From Andalucia godoyi And28 (Eukaryota > Protista > Jakobida): a stretch of 64,000 nt of DNA. The notes under the pieces were generated by a model. That model did no database searches. It had not been told where the DNA came from and was given only the letters and a program-made list of their open reading frames with translations. The translations under genes were made by a program, and so were the position numbers. Location of the stretch: positions 136,097 through 200,096 of the forward strand of contig VRVR01000011.1 in NCBI GenBank assembly GCA_009859145.1, read 5' to 3'. Shown here piece after piece: positions 20,292 through 30,439 of this stretch. Position 1 is the stretch's first letter, and each line of letters starts with the position of its first letter.

Positions 20292-21014
20292 GGTTATTTC
20301 TTTTTTGGTTTGCGGTGATGTAAACAAAAGGGTACAAGAGCTGACTAAACAAAAAAGCAAATCAAGAAGGAAGAAAGGAAAAGAAAAGAAAGAGAGAAAG
20401 AACAGAGAAGTAAGAAGAAAATAACAGGAGAAACCGAAGAGAAAAGCTTGGATCCGCAACGACGAAGAGGGTATTAGGGGGAGTTTGAACAAACCTGAAC
20501 ATTTTCGTGTGTTTTTTTCTCTCGCGTTGTCAGTGAAACGCGACTGACCCGCGACTGACTCGCGACTGACCCACTGAGCGTGTGAGGCGGACAGATGAGA
20601 AAAAGCAGACAAAAGTCCCCGGTTACGACCTGATTGCTGCACACTATGGGTGGTTAGGGCGAAAGAGAAAAAAATAAAAGACATCCTCTTCCGTGTCACT
20701 TTCCTCATTCAACCTGTCAGAGTGACATGTCACATGTTGTGTTGCTTGACCTGTCGAATTATTGTCACTCCGATCATCGCCGGACCTTTATGATAATGCT
20801 AATTGATCGAGTTGAAACAGCAGTTTCACAAACCGTGTTTCTTTTTTTTCCTCTGCGAGTTCATTAGAGTAGATTTTTTTTGCTGCCTTCTCATTTTTTA
20901 TATTGTTATTATTTGCAATTATCATTTCCTTCCTTCCTCGATATCGGTAGTAAGTTGGTATTTTATTTTGTTGAAGGAGATTCCTCGGGTCGGGGTGGTT
21001 TTGAAAGAGAAGGG

Positions 21015-22619
21015 ATGGCGTCAAAAGACTCTGGGAAGGTGGAAATGACGCCGGACGAGATGGATCGCTTTGAAAAGGCAATGAAAGATCCTGAATTTCT
21101 CAAGCTGTTTGCAGAGTTTGCAAAAGAGTTGGAGAATCCCGAAACAGCTCGGGAGTATAAACAGTATCTCGATCAAGTGGAAGCGGAAAGTGGTGAGCGA
21201 CCGAAAGCACCGAATGGCGGCGAGGTGATCTTTCCGGAACCTGGATTTTGCTTCAAGGTAAGCTCGACGGAACTTGGAGGAACAAAGGTGTTTGTGAATG
21301 TGTGTTCCTGCGACAAGATCGATCCTCCGCAAGAAGGTTCGAAGGGCGAGTGGAGAGTGCCACTCTCTTTGGGAGCTGTTCGCAATCTGAAAGATGAAGA
21401 GAAGAAAGACACGTATCAAGTGACGGACATTGTGTTCAGTCCGGTTGCGCTCACGAAAGGGAATGCAGATGCGCACTTCAAGAGGTTTTTAATTGATTTA
21501 TGTATGGACTACGTCGAACAGAAGCATGGTATCAAGCTGAAGAGAGAAAGCTTCAAGATCATGAAGCGGAAGAGCAAAGGCGATCCGCAGTGGCAAACGA
21601 TTCGATCCAAGAATGCTCCGGAACTGTCCACCACGTCTTCTCCTCCTACTCAGAAGAAGAGACAACAACCAGCCCACGAGCCCACCGCTTCTGTGAGCAA
21701 ACCTGCTCAGAATAAGAAGATTGTGGAAATTGCATCAAAGAGATTGAGCAAGATTCCGCATTACGAAATTGTGCATGTTGGGAATTTTGAGATCCAGGAC
21801 TTCTTGATCAGCGGCCCGTCTTCTGTGGCGCCGAAACGTTACCCGAAGCAGCTTTCTGTCCGCGTCCAACTTCCAGATTGTGAATCTGCTGCGTCTGTGG
21901 ACTTGGAGATCGAATCTCAGAAAATGGTGCTTGCGTTTGCCAACGAAGAGTACGACAATTTCGAGATTGCACTGCCGTTTGAAGTGGATTCAGATTCTGG
22001 ATCTGCAAAATTCGACAAGGCAAAGAAAATCCTCAGCATCGAGCTGCCCGTTATCCCTCCAAAGGCTGAGCACAGACCACCGGTCACTGCACCGGCAGAA
22101 GAGACAGCCGCAGCAGTTGCCACTTCAAAGCACGAGGCCGCGCCTGCCGCTCAGGACCGTGTGAATTCTGCTGGCCACGACCAATCCACGACGCATTCTG
22201 CAGTCGCCGAAGTTCCACAAGCGCCTTCTGTCCACCCGGAAGGAGTGAAGCCGAGCGAGGAGCATAGATCTGTTCCGGCTCTGAAAGAGCAGCCAAAAGC
22301 TGCAGTAGAACGGAATCAGGCCCCTGATCCAGTTCCTGAACCTGCGAAACCGCTCCCCGCGGTCGAATCCAAGAAGAAGGAGGAGATCAAGACGACTGGT
22401 AAAGACGCCATGGTGCACACCAAGGAGTCTGCCCAGGAGTCTGCTGCTGCCCAGCACACACCGATGCAAGAACGAGGACCCCAGCGTGTCGTTGCGGCGC
22501 AGCCGACAAGCAAAGACGGGAACTTGGCTTCGCAGCGAGCTTCTGTTGGGGATGTGACACTGTCGGAATTCATCTCATCTTTCAAGTTGCGAAACACCTT
22601 GGTTTATGATTTAGATTAG
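21015..22619 (+). CDS. DNAAF2: Kintoun / dynein axonemal assembly factor 2 (PIH1 + CS domains)
   Basis: EMDRFEKAMKDPEFLKLFAE...YLDQVE, the PIH1 motifs FPEPGFCFK, KVFVNVCS and WRVPLSLG, a CS domain with AKFDKAKKILSIELPV, and C-terminal RNTLVYDLD. Confidence 0.88.
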   Translation: MASKDSGKVEMTPDEMDRFEKAMKDPEFLKLFAEFAKELENPETAREYKQYLDQVEAESGERPKAPNGGEVIFPEPGFCFKVSSTELGGTKVFVNVCSCDKIDPPQEGSKGEWRVPLSLGAVRNLKDEEKKDTYQVTDIVFSPVALTKGNADAHFKRFLIDLCMDYVEQKHGIKLKRESFKIMKRKSKGDPQWQTIRSKNAPELSTTSSPPTQKKRQQPAHEPTASVSKPAQNKKIVEIASKRLSKIPHYEIVHVGNFEIQDFLISGPSSVAPKRYPKQLSVRVQLPDCESAASVDLEIESQKMVLAFANEEYDNFEIALPFEVDSDSGSAKFDKAKKILSIELPVIPPKAEHRPPVTAPAEETAAAVATSKHEAAPAAQDRVNSAGHDQSTTHSAVAEVPQAPSVHPEGVKPSEEHRSVPALKEQPKAAVERNQAPDPVPEPAKPLPAVESKKKEEIKTTGKDAMVHTKESAQESAAAQHTPMQERGPQRVVAAQPTSKDGNLASQRASVGDVTLSEFISSFKLRNTLVYDLD

Positions 22620-22723
22620 AAGCTCTCTCTCTCTCTCTCTCACTCTCTCACTCTCTGTGTAAAAAACAAAAATCAGCACCGACTGCCAAAAAGCATCTTG
22701 GCAAGTTTGAATGAAAATGTTGC

Positions 22724-25153
22724 TCAAGCAGCACGGTGCTTGCGAACCAGCTCCTCCTTGACAGAAGCAGCGGATTGCGGCACGACATCTTCATCCCAAG
22801 TCCGCTTCACGTTCTTCAATTCATAGCAAATGACTTCGTCATCGCGCTGCGGTTCAATTCCAGATCCGTCGAGTTCCAACAACAAGCCACATTCGTTTCC
22901 TTTTGCGACCTTATCGACATCGTCCTGAAACCGCTTCAATTGCGTAACGCGCAAACCCTCGGCAAGAAGAGACCCCTTTCTATATATCCTGTACAAAGCA
23001 TCGGCTTTTCCTTTTCCCCACAACATGCCATCTACAACCTTGCATCCGACTACAAGGACGCGGCCCTGCACATTTGCATTTGCAGCAGCCGCATTTGTTC
23101 GCTTCTTTGAAATGTTGAAGATTTCGAGTACTGCAGCCTTTCCGAGAATGCTCTCTTCCGTGCGCGGATCCAAGAAATCAGCAAGATGCTGCTTCATATC
23201 GTCAACAAGATGATAAATGACTCGATAGGGACGAACAACAACACCCGGAGACCGAGCGAGCACACGCACATTAAACGCGATGACAACCGCCGGGAGGTCC
23301 GCCATACACGCCTCTGACAGCGCAATATCCGATGCAGACACAGGTCCAACGCCTGCATGAACAACTTTCAAGGTGATTTCAGGATGATTCAACTTTGCCA
23401 ACGCACCAACAACAGCTTCAACAGAGCCAGAAACGTCCGCCTTCACAATGCACGGAATCTCTTTCTTCTGCATGGATTCAGAAGCTCCGTCAGCAACGCT
23501 CGAAAGCTTGGACAAATCAAATTGGTACTGTTTCCGTTGCTCGATTGCACCTTTGGAACGTTCCGCAATTTCGCGAGCCTCTTGCTCCGACTCTACAACC
23601 ATGACAATGTCTCCGGCATTCGGCAACTCCTTGAAACCGGAAATGACGCAGGGAACAGAGGGAGAGCATTCCGCCAGATCCTGGTGCTGGGCACCGTGTG
23701 CATGCGAGACCAGCAGCTCAGAAGCTGAAGGATCCCGCATCGCACGGACTTTACCGAACGCAGACCCTGCAACGACAACATCCCCGACCTTGAGAGTTCC
23801 CATGCGAACCAAAACGGTTGCAATCGGGCCCATCGACTTGTGCAAACGAGCTTCCAACACAACACCTCTGGCGCGTCCTTGAACTGGCGCTTTGAGATTC
23901 AAAATCTCTGCCTGGAAATCGATTGCTTCGAGCAGCTTATCCAAATTCAAGCGCTTCAACGCAGAGACAAGAACGGTCGTTGTATCTCCGCCATAGGGCT
24001 CGGGAACCAGTCCATGCTCCATCAGCTCCTGGTAAACCCTCGACAAGTTCTTTTCTGCACCTGACTTATCAATCTTGTTGACGGCAACGATGATTGGAAC
24101 CTTTGCGGCCTTTGCATGACTGATTGCTTCCACAGTCTGTGGCATTACTCCGTCGTCCGCCGCGACAACAAGAATGACAATATCAGTGCATTGAGCTCCC
24201 TTGGCACGCATCGCAGAAAACGCTGCGTGACCAGGGGTATCAATGAATGTGATGTATTTGGTACCGCCAGCCGAGTCCGGAAACGAACAACGAAACGCAC
24301 CAATGTGCTGTGTGATTCCCCCCGCTTCATGCGAAACGATGTTTGTGTTTCTCAAGGCATCGAGGAGTGAAGTCTTTCCATGGTCCACGTGTCCCATCAC
24401 AGTCACAACTGGCGCCCTGAGTGGAAACTGCGATACTTGTTCCGACGTGAACACCGGATTGTACTTTTGGAGCAGCTCCCCGTAGGAAAGAGCAGAGGAA
24501 CCGTGCGATGATTGATTGTGTGTGGCTGCAGGAGCACCGCTTGTGCCGTTAGCGACATTGTGTGCATTTGAAAAAGGTGACTCTTTTGTTGTGAACGACG
24601 ATGACACGCCTTGCAGCGTTTCCGCTGCGGTTGCTGCGAATGCCCGAATCGGCATGACATCCATATCCATTGCAATTTCTTCTGCTTCGTAAGGGTTCAT
24701 GATGTCCTCCTCCTTCACTTTCTGATTATAATACTGTGACTTGGCATTCGAAGTCAAATTCTTGAGAAGAATCTTTGGACGGATTCCCAACGCGACGGCA
24801 AACTCGCGGATGCTCATAGAATCGACGATTCGCACCGTCTTTTCTGGAGCCACTTCTTCTCGCTTTGACGAATGCCCATGTCGAGGAGCCGATCGACTGG
24901 ACTTGGAAGTTGCTGCTGATTTCATCTTCTGCACTCGATTGGACTTCGACCCAAACGAATAGTGCGGCCCATCATACCCGTCATCATCATTGTTGTTGTT
25001 TTTGGAAGCAGCAGGCCCGCCTCTGCGACTCGCGAATCCACCGGTCGACGCAAAGAATCGCGCCGCTCCACCGACTCGGAGCAATGGCTTAGAAATTCCA
25101 ACAACATCTCCAATGAACCGACTGCATACCAAAGCTGAAGAAAGTCGAAACAT
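22724..25153 (-). CDS. MTIF2: Mitochondrial translation initiation factor IF-2
   Basis: RAPVVTVMGHVDHGKTSLLD, GGITQHIGAF, DTPGHAAF and NKID; targeting-peptide-like start MFRLSS at 25153. Confidence 0.95.
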   Translation of the reverse strand: MFRLSSALVCSRFIGDVVGISKPLLRVGGAARFFASTGGFASRRGGPAASKNNNNDDDGYDGPHYSFGSKSNRVQKMKSAATSKSSRSAPRHGHSSKREEVAPEKTVRIVDSMSIREFAVALGIRPKILLKNLTSNAKSQYYNQKVKEEDIMNPYEAEEIAMDMDVMPIRAFAATAAETLQGVSSSFTTKESPFSNAHNVANGTSGAPAATHNQSSHGSSALSYGELLQKYNPVFTSEQVSQFPLRAPVVTVMGHVDHGKTSLLDALRNTNIVSHEAGGITQHIGAFRCSFPDSAGGTKYITFIDTPGHAAFSAMRAKGAQCTDIVILVVAADDGVMPQTVEAISHAKAAKVPIIVAVNKIDKSGAEKNLSRVYQELMEHGLVPEPYGGDTTTVLVSALKRLNLDKLLEAIDFQAEILNLKAPVQGRARGVVLEARLHKSMGPIATVLVRMGTLKVGDVVVAGSAFGKVRAMRDPSASELLVSHAHGAQHQDLAECSPSVPCVISGFKELPNAGDIVMVVESEQEAREIAERSKGAIEQRKQYQFDLSKLSSVADGASESMQKKEIPCIVKADVSGSVEAVVGALAKLNHPEITLKVVHAGVGPVSASDIALSEACMADLPAVVIAFNVRVLARSPGVVVRPYRVIYHLVDDMKQHLADFLDPRTEESILGKAAVLEIFNISKKRTNAAAANANVQGRVLVVGCKVVDGMLWGKGKADALYRIYRKGSLLAEGLRVTQLKRFQDDVDKVAKGNECGLLLELDGSGIEPQRDDEVICYELKNVKRTWDEDVVPQSAASVKEELVRKHRAA

Positions 25154-25791
25154 CTTTTCCCCCCCAACCAAACCAAACCAAAAAATTAATTTAAATTAAA
25201 ATTAAATTAAAAAAATGCGAGAGAAGACGATCCCAACTCAACCTCCCTGCCCCACGTCTTTTTGCTCTGCTGTTTTCAAAATAGCTGGAAACAAAGCAAG
25301 CAAATAGAATCCCAAGTTATTCTTGCGCTTTCTTGACGAATTGGTTTATGCTTCCTGAAGAAAACAGCAAAAAATAAATCCAAAAATTTAGTCGGAGAGA
25401 CAGCTGGGACAAAGACGAGCTCTCGCAGCGATTTGCGAAACTGTGAAGCAAATTGGGCGATTGATTTGTCTGGGTTTTGGTCGGCATTCTTCGACGACAT
25501 GAGCAAGCATCAACCACTACGATGTTTGACGCAAACGAGGTCCAAAAGGGTGCTGCAGGGGAACAACAATTACCTCGTACAGCACCGCAGCCAAACACGT
25601 AATTCGCTCTTGTATTATATTTAATTTAAACAACAACAAAAAATTCGCAAAAAAAAATTTGAGAAATACGCACAAGAATTTTCTTCTCTCGTAAACTTAT
25701 TCTTGTCAAGTCTTTTCCTCAATTGTTTTTTTATTTTTAAAATTAAAAAAACAAAAAGAAACAGAAAGAAACCACAAATCCCCTGTCAAAG

Positions 25792-26430
25792 ATGAAGAAG
25801 ACGACAGCTAGTTCCGCGCCAGATGTGATTCCTATTGAGAATGCAGCCATGCAGCCGTCTTCTGTTATCTACATTGGAAGACTGCCATCTGCATTCAGTG
25901 AAGAACCGCTGAAGAAGTTTCTTTCGCAGTTTGGAGATATTTCGCGCTTGCGAGTGTCGCGGAATAGGCACACGGGTAAAAGCAAGCACTATGCATTTGT
26001 GGAATTTGCAGATGCAGAGGTTGCGTCGATTGTTGCGGAGACGATGAATAACTATTTGCTAGAGAATCACATTCTGCAATGCTCCGTTCTGTTGCGGAAG
26101 GACGTTCACACTGAGCTCTTCAAAGGATCAGGAAAGCCATTTGCTGCTTTGCCGACGACAGAGCTGCATGCAAATCGAGTGAATCGAAAGAGATCGCGAG
26201 AGGAAGAAAATGATCACGTCGAAAAGCTGCTCAAGAGCGAGTCCGCGAAACGGTCTCGCATTCAAAAGGCTGGAATCGAGTATGACTTTCCTGGGTATGC
26301 AAATGCCAAGAAATCTGAAAAGCCGTCCGCGTCAAGGACCGCCGATAAGAGCGTGACGAAGCATGCCAAGAAGACGGAAAGCAAGCCGAAAGCCTCGGCC
26401 ATGCCTGATAGATTGTCAAGAAAAAAATAA
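25792..26430 (+). CDS. NOP15: Nucleolar RRM protein NOP15/NIFK
   Basis: VIYIGRLP...SQFGDISRLRVSRNRHTGKSKHYAFVEF...MNNYLL and a YDFPGY tail. Confidence 0.9.
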   Translation: MKKTTASSAPDVIPIENAAMQPSSVIYIGRLPSAFSEEPLKKFLSQFGDISRLRVSRNRHTGKSKHYAFVEFADAEVASIVAETMNNYLLENHILQCSVLLRKDVHTELFKGSGKPFAALPTTELHANRVNRKRSREEENDHVEKLLKSESAKRSRIQKAGIEYDFPGYANAKKSEKPSASRTADKSVTKHAKKTESKPKASAMPDRLSRKK

Positions 26431-26650
26431 AGGCATGTCGAAAGCTCATGGTCACCTGTCAATGCGCGCTTGGGAATTAGCGTTCCGTTGAGGTAAATAA
26501 CACACACGCGTGCACACAGAAAGTTACAGTGCGCGTTTTCAGGAAGGAGGGATCAGCGGATTTTGTGGCTTGCGACGTATAGAGAACTGCTGTCAAACAC
26601 CAGTGCACAGTGCATTGTGCACATAGGCTGTTTTTTTAATTGTTTTTTAT

Positions 26651-27469
26651 TTATTGCTTCTGGAAGTCGACAAAACCTCGTTCGCTGAAGATGAGTTGCA
26701 TCTTTTCCAGAAATGGCTGCGGATCAATGCACGTATTCGTCTCTGCGGTGACTGGCATTTCTCGGAGTTGGACCTCCCGGTAGACAAAATGATCCTCCAG
26801 TCGTCCAAAGAACCTTGTGTCGTGACATCTCAGCAAGAGGCCATCGACGCGCAAAAAGTAACGCAGAAGAATTAGAAAGCACGACGGCATGACGCGCATC
26901 CGAGCTTTCAGATATGCAATACCGCAGTCTTCAAGGTCCGACTCAAACAGCACAACTTCATGATAGAACAAGATTGGATCCGGTCGTGTAAGCAGCGAAA
27001 CATCAAACCCTTCTGGAGGTGCAGGTCGGAACCCAAGTTTCGCATACTGTTCATCTCCTGGTGCCACAATCGATGGATCGTCCTCGACTCCATTGCATAT
27101 GAACTCTCCAGAGTATCGGACAGGAGTAAACGTCCAGTCAATTGGACTGAACTTTTTGAGTGTCGTCAGCTCATCCTTGTGTGCATTCTTCCAAACTCTC
27201 GCCGAGGGCACCTCCAACGTCGACTCCTTTGCACAGGTGCACAGCGACCCGGCAGCGGTAAGTGCAATGCCAAGCCCCGAAGCGCGGTGAACGAGGCGAA
27301 CGTGGTTTTCCGAGAAGAGCATCTCTGGCAAGCATGGCGACTTCACCAAATGCTCGATTGCTTCGCGTTGTGGAATCGACGCAATTGGGGAATGCCGGCG
27401 TGTCAGAACCGACCAATTCCCAATGTCAATACGATCATCATCTTTGTATTCTGGAGCATACGTCTTCAT
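26651..27469 (-). CDS. TIPRL: TIP41-like PP2A regulator
   Basis: LPEMLFSENHV, DWTFTP, ILFYHEVVLFESDLEDCG, RVMPSCFLILLRYFLRVDG. Confidence 0.92.
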   Translation of the reverse strand: MKTYAPEYKDDDRIDIGNWSVLTRRHSPIASIPQREAIEHLVKSPCLPEMLFSENHVRLVHRASGLGIALTAAGSLCTCAKESTLEVPSARVWKNAHKDELTTLKKFSPIDWTFTPVRYSGEFICNGVEDDPSIVAPGDEQYAKLGFRPAPPEGFDVSLLTRPDPILFYHEVVLFESDLEDCGIAYLKARMRVMPSCFLILLRYFLRVDGLLLRCHDTRFFGRLEDHFVYREVQLREMPVTAETNTCIDPQPFLEKMQLIFSERGFVDFQKQ

Positions 27470-27860
27470 CGTCCCTCCTTTCCTCCTGTTTTTCGTTGAT
27501 TCTCTTCTTCTGCTTTTTTTTTTTTTTTGTCTTTTTCTTTTTGCTTTCTCGATCTTTTTCTTCTTCTTTCAATCGACACAAGCCGTTCACTATCCCGAAA
27601 AAGCAATGTACTGCTAGTGCTCAGTGCTCAGAGCCAAGTGAATCTTTGGCCCACAAGGAGCTCAGGAAGTAGGGGAACTCCTCCGGATCATTGCAAGTGA
27701 ACAGCATTCTCTTTTTATTTTTACAACCGCGAAGTTCACACATAGTCTTACAGAAAGACACATGCCTTTTTGGTTTGTTTTTTGAATAGAAAACTCACTC
27801 TTCATGTTCTTCTTCTTTTTTTAACAGATGACATTGAGCAATGGTGGTGATTTTCTTTGT

Positions 27861-28028
27861 TCAAATGTTTTTGGATGATTTAGCATCAAGGTTGTCTCTT
27901 GAGACGCGAACGGGGACGCCAGACTGTTCTACAGACAATTTGTAAATGTAGAATGCGAGTGCAAAGAGATGCAGTGCCACCAAGACAGCAACGAGCAGCG
28001 CCGCATTGCTTGAAATCGAAATATCCAT
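27861..28028 (-). CDS. Small single-TM protein (55 aa)
   Basis: MDISISSNAALLVAVLVALHLFALAFYIYKLSVEQSGVPVRVSRDNLDAKSSKNI; clean hydrophobic helix; sits in a GC-normal island between T-rich spacers. Confidence 0.5.
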   Translation of the reverse strand: MDISISSNAALLVAVLVALHLFALAFYIYKLSVEQSGVPVRVSRDNLDAKSSKNI

Positions 28029-28286
28029 TGAGGAAGGCTGCACTATGTCTACGCTTCTTGCCTCTGAACTCCGAGATATGCAAGGCAGCAAACTGGCAAA
28101 GCAGAGAAGAGAGACCCAGTGACAGGCAGACAGACGCACCCAGATGCTCAAGTTCTGGAGGGCCGGCCTCAAGCCCCTGCCGGAAAAAACATTGAAAAGA
28201 GCCCAAGTAGCCAGAGAAGGTGGAAGGCGCGTGTGCGGGTGCAGGAGACTGGACAAGGAGTTGAAAAGCATCGGTGAGGGGGGAAA

Positions 28287-28550
28287 ATGTCGTTATCAGA
28301 ACGAGTGCAGCAGAAGCTGACGACTGTATTACAAGCATCGATTGTCCAAGTGGAGGAAATGCCAGGCAGTTCGTGTGGAGACAAGCTGCGCGTGCTTGTC
28401 GTGTCAAGTGCGTTTGATGGAAAGGGACTGTTGGACAGACAGAGATTGGTGAACGACACACTGAAAGAAGAGTTTAATGAAATACACGCACTCACGTTCA
28501 AGAAGACGTGGACACCTGCTGAATATGAGGCCAAGAAACACACCTTGTAG
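28287..28550 (+). CDS. BOLA2: BolA-family protein (BolA2-like)
   Basis: SCGDKLRVLVVSSAFDGKGLLDRQRLVNDTLKEEFNEIHALTFKKTWTP. Confidence 0.9.
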   Translation: MSLSERVQQKLTTVLQASIVQVEEMPGSSCGDKLRVLVVSSAFDGKGLLDRQRLVNDTLKEEFNEIHALTFKKTWTPAEYEAKKHTL

Positions 28551-28731
28551 TTTTAAAAAACCCTAATAAAACCGACGACAGGACTGGATGGCAGGCATCC
28601 CCCCTTTCGCTCCTCGTCCTCGTCCTCTTCTTCTTCTTCTTCTTCTTCTTCCTTTTATGTTGTTGCCTTTCCCCCCTCGGAGCGTAAAAGGTAACTGTAA
28701 TAATAATAAATGAAAGAAAGAAAAACAGAAT

Positions 28732-30069
28732 TCAGGACTGGTACACCCGCAGTGAGTTATCAGAAAGTCCGCAAAGAACATTGCCGGTTGCAGGACACAC
28801 ACCGGATGAGACGAACGCAGGGGCGACATCCTGGAAATCCTGAGATGACAATGCAGAGCCAATCACGCTGACAATCGCATATTCATCGAGCGAGAACGCG
28901 GAGAGTCCATACTCAGTCGAAGCAGTGCCCAGGATAACCATGTTTCGAAACGGATCGTAGCTTATTTGCGGAGCACGGACATGTGCATTATTAAATTTCA
29001 AGGAAATGTCGGCTGCTGAACAAGACCGTTCTCTCATCAGAAGCACGGATTGGACACGCCCATTCGAACAAAAAACAGTCCGTGTCAATCCTCCGTTCGC
29101 ATGGGAAAAGATCAGATCGGAGCCATCATTCGAAACGCGAACCACTGACTCCACAGGCTGTTCTTGAAGATACTGGTTCTGAACTGTACGCACAACCTTG
29201 GATTGAAAACGCAGATCCCACACAGTATGGAGACCGTTCGTTCGGAGAGTCAGCAGTTGGTATTCTGAAATCGGTATCACATCCAAAATGGCAGACGATG
29301 AAGAGGAAGAAGGCACATCTCCGAAAGCCTTTCTTTCGGAGGGCCCATGTCTTCCCGCGCCCAAAAATACGCTCTTTTGAAACCGAAGGTCAAAAAGACG
29401 CACTTTTCCATCCCGGCCGCCTGCAGCCAACGCGTTCATGACCGGAAGAAACGACACGGAAAAGTGCCCACCGCCTGTTGTCGACGTGTACGTATGCACA
29501 GTCTTGCCACCGGAGCCCGCATCAATCAGCAGCACATCACGAGATGTCCCAAATCCAACTGCGAGGTACTTTGAAGAGCTGTCGGACCATGCAACCGACT
29601 CAATCCGGTCATGCGCGGAAAAGTTTGCGATCCACAGTGGCGATTCCAAGGCCGTTTTCAAAAGTGTTAGTTTTCCATCCGTCGACGCAACAGCAGCAAT
29701 TCGACAGTGTGATTGCGAAGGATGGAAGGCAATCCGAGAAATGTAAGGTTGAGTTCGAGCAGCTGCAATGGAAACGGGAGTAGGAGCACCACCACGAGTA
29801 TGCTGGCCAGGATAATCTGCTGTTAGCCGGACTTTGCGAATCAGTTTTGCGTTCCGAAACGAAAATATGTTCCGACGGCCACCAGACGGATCTCGGACAG
29901 CGCAACTCGAGCGAAATGCACGGAAACGCTCGACAATGTTGATCCCAAAGCGACGGGTTGCAGAATCCGCACTGAGATCACTCGATGAAAAAAAGAACCT
30001 TTCTGCCTCTGCCGGAGCACTTGGTGTCCGTTCCACGTCGACTGGTTTAAAAAACTGAAGTATAGACAT
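28732..30069 (-). CDS. WD40-repeat protein with DxR motifs (candidate DDB1-CUL4 substrate receptor)
   Basis: ISRIAFHPS, AHDRIESVAWS, GGRDGKVRLFDLR and HTVWDLR; first ATG at 30069 (MSILQFFK). Confidence 0.75.
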   Translation of the reverse strand: MSILQFFKPVDVERTPSAPAEAERFFFSSSDLSADSATRRFGINIVERFRAFRSSCAVRDPSGGRRNIFSFRNAKLIRKVRLTADYPGQHTRGGAPTPVSIAAARTQPYISRIAFHPSQSHCRIAAVASTDGKLTLLKTALESPLWIANFSAHDRIESVAWSDSSSKYLAVGFGTSRDVLLIDAGSGGKTVHTYTSTTGGGHFSVSFLPVMNALAAGGRDGKVRLFDLRFQKSVFLGAGRHGPSERKAFGDVPSSSSSSAILDVIPISEYQLLTLRTNGLHTVWDLRFQSKVVRTVQNQYLQEQPVESVVRVSNDGSDLIFSHANGGLTRTVFCSNGRVQSVLLMRERSCSAADISLKFNNAHVRAPQISYDPFRNMVILGTASTEYGLSAFSLDEYAIVSVIGSALSSQDFQDVAPAFVSSGVCPATGNVLCGLSDNSLRVYQS

Positions 30070-30439
30070 CCATCTGCCAATGCTTCCGAAACCGTCAAAA
30101 AACAGAAACACGCACACACAAAAAAAAAACCACATCAGCGGGAAAGCTGGAGAAAGAATTCCATTGAAGACACGATAAACAGCTGGCGGGAAAAAGGAAA
30201 TGGAAAAGGAAAAGGAAAAAAAGAAAGGACTTGTAAACCTACAACAGTTTTGCTTGGAAGCTGAAAACCCGTTTCCAAGCAGCATCAGGGATCGGGGAAA
30301 CTGGAGAGAGCACATTCAACTCACTTTTCAAACTTATTACAAACCTGTTACAAACCTACTGACTTACTGGTTTACTTAGCTGGGGGCTGGATCAACATAG
30401 TCTCCTTCTTGTTTTTGTAAATACGCTCGGCAGAAAAGC

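Noticed and set aside
6501-28565. Telo-box AAACCCTA motifs at 6501, 6732, 9490 (rc) and 28558
   Set aside because: Four 8-mer hits in 64 kb on two strands is close to chance expectation, although all are intergenic.
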